The translations under genes were made by a program, and so were the position numbers. DNA of 64,000 nucleotides from Phoronis australis (Eukaryota; Animalia; Phoronida): the NCBI GenBank assembly GCA_002633005.1, contig NMRA01000009.1:1039169-1103168 (forward strand), in the 5' to 3' direction. The notes under the pieces are model-generated. The model made no database searches, had not been told where the DNA came from, and saw nothing but the letters and a program-made list of their open reading frames with translations. Positions 1-64,000 of this stretch are shown here, piece after piece (the stretch's first letter is position 1; each line of letters opens with the position of its first letter).

Positions 1-105
1 GTAACTACAGTCAGGTGGCCACAGCCAGGTGGCCACAGCCAGGTATCCACAGTCAGGTGGCCACAACCAGGTAACCACATTCAGGGGCCAGTCAGGAGGC
101 CACAG
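1..105 (+). repeat. 14-bp minisatellite (ggtggccacagcca)n, degenerate
   Basis: Visible periodicity. Confidence 0.8.
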
Positions 106-2593
106 TCACCACCAACCGTGGCTCAAAGTAAAGAAAAAAGCAGGCAGTTTATTGGAAATTTTCGACATCTGTAAAAGTTGAATTTTTGGAGACACGTTAC
201 CACTTTGTTTCCGCACTGATCTCGTCTGTAATGACGAAAGTGAAAATAGGTGCCAGAAACATGGCTGCAGGCTGTGTCCAACTTCGTTGTCCTTATCGCA
301 ACTGTAAAACATGCAGACAACAGACTGTGTTTTGAAAGTAAATATCTTCTTCACCGTTCTTCGGTCGAGTTATGTGTTCTGAGGTGTCGCAAATGCTCAC
401 CGTTGTTTTTGAAAGATGAAAATTGCCAAATTAAATTCTCAAGTTAATAGGATGCATTGATCACATGGAGGTTTTCATGGATCACTGCAAACTTGAAGGA
501 TTTTTCTTTCACTGGAATGTGAAAAGCGGCTTTTTTTAATATTTACGTTTGGTAAAAAGTGTAAATTTTCTTCAATTACATTGGTAAACAATCCAGATAT
601 TGCTGTTTCAAAAAATTGAATTTCAAGAAAATCCTAGCGGTTCTAATTTCTCCACGTGTAACTGTAACTGAATGTGAACACCTTGAAATACCTTGACTGT
701 GTACATGTTGTTTTTATACAGGGTAAATGTCTGTCTCGTAGTCGTGCGTGCAATAAAACTATACATAGATGTTGTTTTACATGCCATCTATTTCCATATT
801 TTGTCATTTCTAAAAAAGTCCTTTTTCGTCATATCAAGTTATCTCCCCTGGTATTTTCAACACGGCTCTACCCTTATGTTGTTGAAAGATGTATCCCAAC
901 GGACCATTTAGACTACTGAAGATTTCCAGCAACTGACAGTTGTGGAATATGCCAGCTTTTGATGTTGAAAAGCGGTCCAAGGAAGCGACACATCCCGTAA
1001 ACTAAATCAACATGGGACGAATCGATGACAGTCGTAGAAAGAACAGTCAATGTTTGTTGCAAAGTATAATCGATCGCGATGTTTCATATAAACCCACAAG
1101 GAGCTTTTACTACTGTTTGGGTAACAATCAAAATGCATAGATTCATATATTTTGTAGAATTTCAAAAATAATACTATGGATTAAATTTCTCTGTCAGATA
1201 CATTTGATCATCAAAACAAAGACGGGTTGTTTCAGTCGATAAAAACTTGCACACTTCTTCTCTCGCATAATGGGCTTGTCATTGTTAAAAAAATTGCAAA
1301 ATGCATGTTAAGTTTTAATCAACACGTCTACATAAATTCCACAGCTTTTTCACAAAGTGCAATTGCGACAATTGGCGGTTACAGTCTACAGAAGTGGATG
1401 GGGGTGCAAGGTAAAACTTATGTCGGGCATTTGTCACATAGTTAAGCACTAATTAATAGGTCAATGAACACACTGTTTCACAGATTGTCAAGTGTGTAAG
1501 TCGGTTTAATATGCATCTGGAACTCAGTAAGCGTGATTATGAAGTACCTTAAATATGTTGATTGAAAATTCATCAACATTATTTAAACGGTTTTTAGTTT
1601 ATGTTTAGTTTTTTTCAAACTTATTCAATCAAACTGTTGCAGCAAAATAACTTTTTAAAATTGACTGGGTTATTTGGATATTATCATTTAACATATTAAT
1701 GACAATCTGAAACCTTTAAAATATTTTCAAAAGAAATTACTTTATTGACGTAACAAGAGTTTGTAAACCTTTGATTCATTGGTTCTGTTCAATCTAAAAA
1801 TTTCAAAACAATGATTTTTTATTTTTAAAATTATTCTCCATTGAAATAATACACTTCTCTCTTTAAGACTTGCTTTTGATGATCTTTTGATGAGGATTTA
1901 CTTTATGGATATTCCAATTTAATGTTCGGATAGAAGATTTGATCAGAACCCTTATATTTCAGAAAAAAAATTTGAAAAGAATCCATTTATTTCCGAAAAA
2001 TTAATTTGAAAGAAGTTGAATTAAAATTGGGTTGATTGAGGAAATATTGCGTCAGTTACATTAAATATAGTATCGGAAGCGTACGAAATGATTTCGCCAT
2101 AAGAGTGATAGAATTCGCCTTAACAATACTATAGTATGTACCAATTCACGTCTAAAAGTGAAAAGTTCATCATTAGTGTAGAGCAGAAGTCCAGTGACCA
2201 ATACAAAGTGAACTATGATCTTCATCGTTTACTGCAATTTGTGCGTTTTTATATCAATTTGTAAGTAAAGTTTAATTAAACCTGTCATGTAGTGTCAGGC
2301 AGTTTATGCACATGAACTGACTTGTAGCCATGGCTACCACAAACATTTCTTTAGCAGCTAAGCTTCTCCCCGTATTCTCGCATCAGAGCTTTTATTTACT
2401 ACAATACAAGCAAGAAATATCAGTTTTTCACTGGACCTTCTTATCCTCTTCAACGAAAAAAGAAGACTTTAAAGTTGTTGTAATCTCGTCTTCCGTGATG
2501 AAAAAAGAATTTTGATCTGTTACGAAATTGGTTTCACATTGTTCCTCAGCCAAAATAGATGTGATATCTGGGCTTGGAGAGAGTCGGCAGGAC

Positions 2594-2838
2594 GTTATTG
2601 GTTGAGATTGAGGTTCTTTACAGATTGGCTTGTCACCACCTGTTATTGGTTGAGATTGAGGCTCTTTACGGATTGACTTATCACCACGTGTTATTGCTTG
2701 AGATTGAGGCTCAAGTTTACAGATTGTCTTGTCACCACGTGTTATTGCTTGAGATTGAGGCTCTTTACGGATTGACTTATCACCACGTGTTATTGCTTGA
2801 GATTGAGGCTCTTTACAGATTGTCTTGTCATCACGTGT
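2594..2838. repeat. 48-bp tandem repeat, ~5 copies
   Basis: Reads as EPQSQAITRGDKxIxK repeats on the minus strand. Confidence 0.85.
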
Positions 2839-4071
2839 CATTGTATTCACCGAGTGTGGTCTTGACTCACAACAAATTTTTGGTGTTTTGCACAAACAAA
2901 GGAACACTACTCATCCGAATAAGGAACAAATTCTGAAACCAAATTTATAGCGGTACTAGTGGTCTAATTCAAAAGTTTAGTATCTTTGACAGAACATAAG
3001 TTTGTTATTGCTTTAAAGATAGATTTTAGCGAGAAAACAGATTTCCTGAGATCAGCGTATGGCATACAATGGCGAAAGTTGACGATTTGCAATAAAATCA
3101 CAAAAAACACAACGAATTTTGCTGGTTTATAGCTCTGGTCAAAGCTAATAATTTAAAATGATACTAAGTCCTGTTTTGATATTTTCAGTCAATACTTGTT
3201 CTGTTAACTGTTAATGCATCATCAGCATCGAACAACTAAAAACTCATACTCCATGTCACAGCTAGACATTATGGTCCTTGGTGGGTGGTCTATTCCCACA
3301 GTTCCCGTGTAATTAGCTAAAAGCATAGCTCACGTTTCCTCGTTTAGAGGACTTTGAAAGGAGTTTTCAAATTTGGCCTCCAGCTTTTTAGGGTTGTCGA
3401 AGGTTACAAAGCATTTTTTATTTCAGAAAACTGGTTGGGAAAATAGGTCAAAACATGGTTTGGTATCCTTTTAAGAAGTCTGCGCAAACCAACAATAAAC
3501 CCCGAAAATGACATTTCGACCATAAAACCTATAATGTTCGTTTAACTGTTATTCAAAATGTTACTTGCAACTTTTCTTTGTTACTTAAGCACCTAAAGTG
3601 TGTCCTCCTTTACTTTGAACTGATAAGTCCAAGTAAGTAGAACGCTGATGTCTCAGTCTCCTGGACATTCAATATGGTCTACATGTGAGACTTACTTGTC
3701 AGAGAATAAATAAGTTTCTTGAATAACCCAAAAATGTTCTTCACCATACATATTGTACTGCTCTCGAAGGGGAGAAAGACAAAATTAGTGACGTGCATCA
3801 ACTCTGTTTTGGAGCCGGTCACCCAGCTGTGATGGGTTGGATTCAGGTGTATAGCGCCATCCTTTGGTGGTTTCTTCAGTCATTTAATTACATTAAAGGA
3901 GAATACCACCAAACATTACGTATTTTGTATCAGTTTAGATCGAGTAGTTCCACTCGATAACAGCAAGTTAAGTTCTTTTACCTGACACCAGACGGCAGAC
4001 GAAGGTGCTGAAATTAACCAATAACGTCACAGGTTCCGTCACAGTCTGCTCAGCAGTTCACAAGACGCTTA

Positions 4072-4499
4072 CCGGGAATTTTTGCCCATGGGCATGTACT
4101 CGGAAAATGAAAATTTTCAGGCGTTTTAGCAACACCACATAAACGCCCGGGCGTTTATTCGGAAAAGGGGCGTGTAAACGGAAAGTCATAGTTTTGCTGA
4201 CTTTGACATTACTTAAACCTGCGGTTTTAAATTTTATGTTAATAAATCGCATAGTTCTCCAACACCTTGTTCATTTTTATAAATGATAAATGCACCACAA
4301 AACTGAATTTGTGACAAAAAGTTGACGATGTGTGGGCTTTTAAGAGGAAATTTTCGAAATAAACACCCCACTACCTGGACACTTGACACCACAAGTTGTA
4401 ACACTAAAATAAACGCCCATGGGTGTATATTCGGTATAATTTTCCAAATAAAAGCCCACTAGTGTTTCATCGGGTGGGCTTATCTACGGAAAATCCCGG
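4072..4499. mobile_element. Tc1/mariner (pogo-type) MITE
   Basis: ta|ccggga..tttt ... aaaatcccgg|ta; repeated aaataaacgccc subterminal motifs. Confidence 0.65.
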
Positions 4500-5582
4500 T
4501 ACTTAATTACGTCAGCTCATCGCTTGAATTTATCGTTTTAAACCAATAAATGAGCAAAATTCGATATAAAACCCTTACAAATACATTGAGTTTTTAAGCA
4601 AATGAGTCGGTTTTATTTCGCTATTGCGGATTTATAAAAATTTCGAACGTTCCGTAGTCTACACAAAATGCGGCAGGCCAACTTACCGAGGTCGGTCGCT
4701 GGAAGTTTGGAATCTACTCGGTGAGAAATTAGAATAATTCTTCCGTGAAATATTGGCAGGAGAGTATAGTCGTGTTTTGTAATTTTAGACTTGCGATTTT
4801 TTCTATTCTAAACACAAAACGTTCGTTAACCCAATGCCTCGACACACGATCAGGCCTGTCGCGGCCGGACTGCGGACATTACGAACATAAACCAACCGGG
4901 TTAGTCGGCTGCGAAAGTTGAAAACTAAACTTCCAGTCACGAAAAAACTAGACTAGTGAACCAAAGAAATAATTTGCACGTGAATTTTTAGGTTATTTCG
5001 CCGCAAAATTGCAAATCTACTTACTAGTCGTCGGGGACCGCGAAGCCAAGTTCCCCTTGGCACAGAACCGTACACGGAAAATGTGTTCAAAAACAATGAT
5101 TTGAATAATATATATACACANCTAAATAAATATTCCTCTAACATCTGACCATATAGCGTAGAATTAGAGTTATAGTTTCACAACAGCTTTCTGTCAGCAT
5201 GCACTCACACGGCCGCGTTCAATTAGTTTTATCATCTGAAGCTGGTAACGCAGTATGATTCATTCAGGTTTGGATTTCTCAAAACATTTGCACTCGCGAA
5301 CAATCTTAAGGCATTACAAATTTTAACTATTAGGACAGACTTTGACACTTTGTTTCAGTCCTATATAAACATTGTTTAGGGTGGAAATAATTCATTTTGA
5401 AACGGAACAATGCCGGCCACAGACACCGTCGGAGATATTTCACGGCCTCATACTTGGTATTAACGGCGTATTTTTTATTCTTTACTGCCGGGAACCACTT
5501 CCGAAGCATTTCGAGTTCTCGAGGAAATTGAACAAAAAACGATATTCCCGCTTTTCTCGCAAACTCGTGGTTCGCACAAGCG

Positions 5583-6077
5583 TATGGTGGGCCGTTGAGG
5601 GGAAAGTGTCGCCGTAAAATTACGCTCGTAATTACGAGCGTAAATTAAATTGAAAAAGTGTTGCAGTAAAATTACGCCCGTAAATTAAATGGGGGAAATG
5701 TCGCCGTAAATTACGCTAGTAAAATACCTTAAGAACGTTTCAAATTTAATTTAAAACCAATCAGTGTTGACCTAACATACACGACTGTTGCTGGGCAGCT
5801 CGTTCTTGCACACTCGCTGACATTGCAGCAGCGATTTGATCCGCCATGATTCAGCGCTCGTGTCGTAGACATGTAACCCGTCCATGAGCACGCGCGACCG
5901 TGGATTGTAAAACCCAATTTCATTGGCTAAGAGTTTAAACTAAATTACGCGCGTAATTTTACGCCGTAAAGAATTAAATTACGCTGGTAATTTTACGGCG
6001 TAATTAACGGCGTAAATAACGGCGTAATGTACATGATTACACCCGTATTTTTCCGGCGACACTTCCCCCCCATCATA
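5583..6077. mobile_element. MITE with long imperfect inverted repeats built from aaattacgc units; 6-7 bp TSD (a)caagcg
   Basis: tatggtggg..aagtgtcgccg / cggcgacacttccccccc atcata; acaagcg at 5576-5582 and 6077-6083. Confidence 0.65.
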
Positions 6078-6545
6078 CAAGCGGGAACGTTACGCCACAG
6101 CATAGGCGGCACACACTGAGCTCAGCCACTGACATCGCTGGGTCGTGTACTCACCTTCCTTACAGGTTAACGCGACACCTTTCGGCGAGATGAGATCGTC
6201 TGTATACGAGTTAACGTGGACATGGACCGATTAAGGGGGTAACAAAACCAATTAAATTGGATGGCATTCTCCTTTAAGAATGATACCAAACAACAAGTAA
6301 TTTTGACATTGACGTAAGATGTTTGGAAATCATGGTGTCACTTAATTGGCGTTTATTATCTTCACTGCAGCCGTATACAATAATTTGTTAATAACAAAGA
6401 ACAGCAAGAACACTGCAGGTCAAGTTTTCAAAATAAATTTTCACTGAGATGTAATTTATGCTGTTCAACATCGTACTAGGAGTTAGGTAGCTAACTCGAC
6501 GTTTTAATTTCGACGCCTGACACCGTGCATCGAACTGATGGGTCT

Positions 6546-6695
6546 AATCACAGTCTCCCCACGGAGTAATCACTGTTTCCCCACGGGGTAATCACAGTAC
6601 CCCCCGGGGTAATCACAGTCTCCCCACGGGGTAATCACAGTCTCCTCACGGAGTAATCACAATCTCCCCACGGAGTAATCACAGTCTCCCCACGG
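6546..6695 (+). repeat. 22-bp minisatellite (taatcacagtctccccacggag), ~7 copies
   Basis: Visible periodicity. Confidence 0.9.
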
Positions 6696-7042
6696 GCTAT
6701 TGACATCTGATTATTTTCAACACGAACTTAAATCCACAACTTGAACTGTAATTCGTGGAGCTATAATAACCTGACCTCCCAGTACAGGATCCAAATCAAA
6801 CATTGGAAACCATTTTTTCTTTGACATTGTCGACACAAAAGATTTCATTTCTAAAGCAATCTATAGATCAAACTAGTGCCTTTAGAAACCATACAATACT
6901 TTGTAAACTACGAGTTTGTCCCTGTACAAGTGAGAAACAAGGAAATACCTATTGATCAACTTTTCAAACAATTGACACGACTAGCTGGGAAGAACATACC
7001 GGACCTGTGTATATGCATTAGTCGGCGTCTAGGTTATCCAAG

Positions 7043-58262
<51,220 letters not shown>

Positions 58263-58310
58263 GTAAGTGTTGTCACTATACCCATTATTTTCTGCAAACA
58301 AACTAAAACA

Positions 58311-59413
58311 TTTTTATGCGCCCACATATTTATATATGGTCGCATATTACCGTCATCTCTGTATGGGTGTCCAGGCGTCTGGCGTCTGCAGCTGTATCTC
58401 CTAAACCCCTCAAGAATCTTGATGAGATTTGGCAGATGTGTTCCTATGAAGTTGACGACGGATGACGAATTTCAAACCTGTCGAACTACCGGTGTGCCCC
58501 CTAGTGGCAGTCTTAGTTTTTTACGCTTACTTCTGTATCTTCGGAGGTCTTCAATGGATTTTCATAAAATTTAGTAGTTAGGCATCTATTAGTGAGATGA
58601 TGCCATCCTTTCACTTTCGGATGGATTCGAGGTACTTTGCGCCACCTAGTGGCCATTTTTACTGTTTTTGGTGTCCGCCCTTCTATCAACCAAACTGCTC
58701 TAGGAATGATTTTGGAAATGGTCGTATATGTTGTTACTGTGAAGAAGGCGGCTGACGATGATTTCCGACGACTTCGACTACTTTGGCGCCTCCTAGTGGC
58801 AGTTTTGTTTGTTTTTGCGCTCATGGCTATATCTCCTAAATGCTCTGCAGGATCTTTATTGAATTTTGCTGGTGTATTGATATGATTCAAGTTGACAACA
58901 GAGGACGACGACTTTTGGACAGATCGGACCACCAGTGTGCACCCTAGTGGCGATTTTAGTTTTTTGCGTTTACCTCATTGTCTTCAAAGATCGTCAGTGG
59001 ATATTCATAAAATTTGACAGATGGGCATCTATTATTGAGGTGACGCTATCATCCGGTTTTCGGTTGAATTCGAGGCATTTTGTGCCACCTAGTGGCCATT
59101 TTTACTGTTTTCGAGTAAAGAGGAAGTCTGACGATGATTTTCTGACGACTTCATCTACTGTGGCGCCTCTTAGTGCCAGTTATGTTTTCTTTGCACCTAT
59201 AGCCTCCTAGTCGCAATTTCATTTTTTTTCCTGTTTCTCAGAAGTTCCTTGACGGATTTTTATGAAATTTGGTAAATAGGTTTTGATGACACATACCAGT
59301 TTTTGGATGGGTTTGACGTATTTTGCGTCATCTAGTGGCCATTTTTATGTTCCAAATAAAAATCCCTAGAAGCACACCATTTGCGGTGCGTTCGTTGGCA
59401 CATTGTGCTCTTA
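58311..59413 (+). mobile_element. Helentron/DINE-1-like non-autonomous element (HINE)
   Basis: tttttatgcgcccac...gtcgcata 5' hairpin, internal subrepeats with cctagtggc, 3' stem-loop ending ctcttatt. Confidence 0.55.
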
Positions 59414-62400
59414 TTGTATTCACTGGTGAATATTGGCATATCTTATCATCTATTTTGTATGTACCAGGGCTTGAACAGTTGACTACATAGCAGTCATTCT
59501 TTTATGGCTCTGCACTGTTATTACATAATTGTGACTTATGAATAAGTTTTTTTAAAAAATGGGGAACATTATTGTCAGAAACCCTTTGAAAATTCAAAAA
59601 CTGTTTGAGATAGAGAGTTTCAATGAAAACATTAACATAAAGATATTTTCTTTCCCGTTCTTTTAAGCCGTTTTAAAACTACTTCACTAACTGAACCTTT
59701 TTTACCAAAAATGATCCATTTTGTGCCAAAATATTCATGATGCTCTAACTTAAAAAAATAATGGCCCAAGAAATTTCAAATTTGTGAACATATCCCACTA
59801 GGATGTATGTAAACACAATTTATTTTCAAGATCTGAGTCGGTGACCCTAGAGTCGACCTTTTGGTGCTCTTGTGGAATGACAGTTAAGTGGCATTTTAGG
59901 TGTATAACACCACACTGTGGTCATAGGCTTTGTCACTATGGCAACCATAAACACAAAGGTCCACCATTGTTACTAACTCACAAATTATTGAAAGACAAGA
60001 AGTATTCCTACAAATGAATATAATGCTGAATGACTTGGTCTGGTTTACTGCTCCCCTTAGTATTCCTACAAATGAATATAATGCTGAATGACTTGGTCTG
60101 GTTTACTGCTCTCCTTAGTATCAGAGAAAAATATTCTGACAACGTATTTATGGTTTCTAAATTTTGGTTTGTTGGGAATGTTTTTGACTTGAAAATGGTG
60201 TTCATGAGCACTTTAACTTTGTGAAGAAATGTTCTTGGCATTGTGAGATATTAATTGTNAATCCACTCGGGCTCTAGATAACGGGGGATAACGACTTCGC
60301 CATGTAATAATCTATATTTATACATCCATCAACATAACATTTGCAGTTTCAAAAATGTGATCCACTATATTTCCCACAAATTTCAAGCCTGATGCCCTGG
60401 CATTTCTGATTGGGTTATTATATGGTTTTATTGTATTATACACCTGTGTTTGAAAATTGTCATCATCTCTGTCCGGTGTCTGTTGCTGTATCTCCTAAAT
60501 CCCTTGTAGGATCTACTTGAAAGTTGGCAGATGTTTTTCTGCGAAGCTGATGACAAATGGTGGATGCTTTACATGGATTTATCATTTACATTGGCTACTG
60601 CATCTGCTACATGAACATGCGAGGTCCAGATATCCCAGATTTTTATTATGCCAGAGGTGCTGAACTTAAAATCATCGGCGATGATCATTCAGACATGTCG
60701 AATTTACAGGCATGCCCTTGTAGAGTTATCGTATTCGCCCTAATAAGCGGCCATGCCCCAATAGGCACACCCCCTCGCATTTTCAGACATTTGCTAAAAT
60801 AAGCGCCCAGCCCATGACCGTTTACATGCAAAAAATACCTTACCCACAGTTCTAAAATTCTTCAGTAGCGTATTCAATTTATCAATAAGATACGACAGTC
60901 CTGAAAAAATCATTGTGCACAGAATTTGTAGACCACGAGCCTCACCGCTGTGTCAGCTAGCCGTGACTGTACACTTCAAACTTGTGCAGTGAACTGTATG
61001 GACTCCCTGGAGAATGAGTCGGTCCAGGCAAGTTCAATGTAAATGACAAATTGCTGTGTGGTAACTTACCTAACTAGTCCCTTGCAGGATGATCATGAAA
61101 TATGACAGATTTGTTCTTATCGTGGAGCCAATGCTACACAAATATTTTCAAGCCAGCAACTGATGTGCTTCCTAGAGACACTTGTTGTATTTTGGTGTCT
61201 AATGTTACATTTTTTGTTCTATCTGCCCAATGGTTTATAGGTCCATCATTAAGTTTTGAAATCTAATTCATTTTACTATTGACAATAGCATGTCTGACTT
61301 TGATTTTTGGGCATATCCGGTTGTCATTACCCACCCTAGTGGCAATCACTTTTATTTTCTTTGCTCATCTCATATCTTACCACTAGTTTGGAGGATTATC
61401 ATTGGGAAATTTGACAGTCTAGTGGAGAAAGCCTGACTTTATAAGTTTTGGACGAATTTAACTTCTACTGTGCTCCCTAGCAACAGCTTTATGTTTGCAC
61501 CTGCCTCAATGTCTATTAAATTTGATGAAGGACTATCATAAAATTTGAGTGATGTTGCTATTGACTAGAGCAGGGCTAGTATTGATATCCATACAGTTCT
61601 TAATACCACTATCCCCTTTGATGGTCTTGTAGAGATTCATTTTTTGCATCTGTCAATATCCAATAAGTATATTTAACAATTCAAATACTACTACTGCTAC
61701 GGCTACGGCTACGGCTACTGCTACTGCTACCCTCTAGTGACAGTTTTATTTTGTTTGTTCCTGCTTTATTTTCTACCAAGTGGTTTAAAGGATCATGGAG
61801 TTTGTAAGAAGTGTTCGTGTTACAAGAGTATGTTAGTTTACCTTTTCTTATGGAACTTTCCAACTGCTGCTGTGCCCCCTTGTGGTAATTATGCCTTCTT
61901 GCGTCTGGTTCTGTAATTATCATGTGACTAGAACTTCATCAAATTTGGCCCCATGTATTTCAATAAGGTGAAGATGGCACATGCTCATTTTCACCTTACT
62001 CTGACTTGTTGTGTGACATCCATTTTTGGTATCCATCTTTTTGCTAAATGTCATTGCACACTTTTGGCAGACACTTAGCTGTCATTGTTTTTGGACATTC
62101 TTGATTAGTGTGTCTGCCTCAGTATCTACAGTCTCCTTTGGAAAAGTTGACTGGTATGTCTGCCTCAGTATTTACCATCTGCTTGACGTATCTTGACTAG
62201 TATGTCTCCCTAAGTATCTAGCATCTGTTTGACGGATCTTCTGGAAGTTTGGTATTTGTGCTCCTATTGAGTGAGCTTATCTGACGTTGATTTTTAGATG
62301 GATGTGACTTTTTCAGCAGTCCCTTGTAGCTAATTCTTTGTGTCTGCTTTAGTATCTGGAGAGACCTGTGATGGATCTCCTTAAAGTTTGGAATTATTTT

Positions 62401-62700
62401 CACATCTGGGAATGTGTTACATGCACTTGCTTAATTCATCATGTGAATGCTGTCACCCTTGTGGTAATTGTTTTTTGCAGCCGCCTCTCTTTGAAACCAT
62501 TTAAACGATAAGTAGGTAACTACTTCATCTTGTTTGTACTGCGGATAGGACTCCACATGTCAATCATTGGACAAAGTTGTAAAGGGATGCATCCCCTAGT
62601 GGCAATTTTAACTTTTTTGACATCCATTCAAAAGACCCATCATGTTACTTGACACTTGTTTTCTATTACAGATAAGACAACATCTTCTGATTTTTTGACT

Positions 62701-63120
62701 AATACCACTAAACCTATACCCTGCAGCAGCAGATTGTTTGACAAATACCACTAAACCTATACCCTGCAGCAGCAGATTGTTTGACAAATACCACTAAACC
62801 TATACCCTGCAGCAGCAGATTGTTTGACAAATACCACTAAACCTATACCCTGCAGCAGCAGATTGTTTGACAAATACCACTAAACCTATACCCTGCAGCA
62901 GCAGATTGTTTGACAAATACCACTAAACCTATACCCTGCAGCAGCAGATTGTTTGACAAATATACCACTAAACCTAAACCCTGCAGCAGCAGATTGTTTG
63001 ACAAATACCACTAAACCTATACCCTGCAGCAGCAGATTGTTTGACAAATACCACTAAACCTATACCCTGCAGCAGCAGATTGTTTGACAGATACCACTAA
63101 ACCTAAACCCTGTAGCAGCA
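62701..63120 (+). repeat. 43-bp minisatellite, ~10 copies
   Basis: aataccactaaacctataccctgcagcagcagattgtttgaca units. Confidence 0.95.
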
Positions 63121-63203
63121 GTGCAATCTTTTTTACATCCACCTTCTACCTTACTGGTTGATGGATGTTCATGCAATTCAGCAGAATATGTTTTCATTAA
63201 TGA

Positions 63204-63497
<294 letters not shown>

Positions 63498-64000
63498 TAA
63501 TTTGACTCGGCGATGCACGTTTATCTTAGAGAAGTATAACAGGCCGAAATATTGAAGAAACTTGATGGTTTTAGCAATCATATTCCATGTGATCAATTGA
63601 AATACTTAAGGTCTGGCATTTATATTCCATTAAGTCTTTTATCATTAAGAATGTTGTGTTTCAAATACTTTTACATGAAAAAGCAGCATTTGTGTAACTT
63701 GACAATTTCTAAATCAATTAATATTAGAAGCTTAAAGAATGAACGCGAGTAGCAAACCATACACATGTTTCCGTGTCCTTCCAAGTATTAAAAGCACAAC
63801 TTATCAGGAACAAGTGTCATTGACCTTTAATAAGGATGGTACAAAAATTTCACACCCGTGATCTTGAATTGTTGTTTGTTGTTTGCCATTAAACATTGTC
63901 TGTTCGTCATCAAGAGCCCTACAATTTTTATTTTTGATTGTTGAAGACCCAAGGTCTTTTTCACCTGATGAAATAATGTTACAGCATAATTAAATCAAGG

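Larger units (their letters stand above)
3897..6273. mobile_element. Non-autonomous TIR element with TTAA target duplication (Kolobok-like), carrying nested MITEs
   Basis: ttaa|aggagaataccaccaa ... ttggatggcattctcct|ttaa; TTAA TSD with AG termini is typical of Kolobok. Confidence 0.65.

Noticed and set aside
2428-2936. 159-aa and 120-aa ORFs
   Set aside because: Driven by a 48-bp tandem repeat with no recognisable domain. The neighbouring 700-2400 region may be decayed coding sequence, but I could not assign it.

Overview
Eukaryotic (invertebrate animal, by inference) AT-rich genomic DNA with assembly gaps. Most of the window is one + strand gene. I reconstructed 34 GT-AG exons from 7043 to 58262; they are phase-consistent, total 5719 nt (~1906 codons), have no internal stop, and the gene is open at its 3' end. 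The product is an uninflatable (Uif)-like modular extracellular protein: signal peptide, C-type lectin, LDLa, CUB, PAN/apple, CUB, CUB, 4 sushi, 2 Ca-EGF, 2 sushi, 2 HYR, sushi, linker domain, 3 ephrin-receptor-like Cys repeats, EGF repeats. Intron 16 holds an antisense HERO-type RLE non-LTR retrotransposon (27610-31135), flanked by a 54-bp direct repeat and disabled by two CpG-type point mutations. The most notable observation is in this element's 3' UTR (minus strand, ~27641-27731). It contains the complete hammerhead ribozyme core with all three stems, but the strands are in an order that is not a circular permutation. Other points of interest are a ladder of six in-frame GTAAGT donors after exon 10, several further duplicated splice junctions, and a PAN exon inserted between CUB domains. 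The rest of the window is MITEs, tRNA-SINEs, Helentron-like repeats, minisatellites, and two probable haplotype-duplication artefacts at single-N joins. All calls were made by eye; no searches or folding programs were run.
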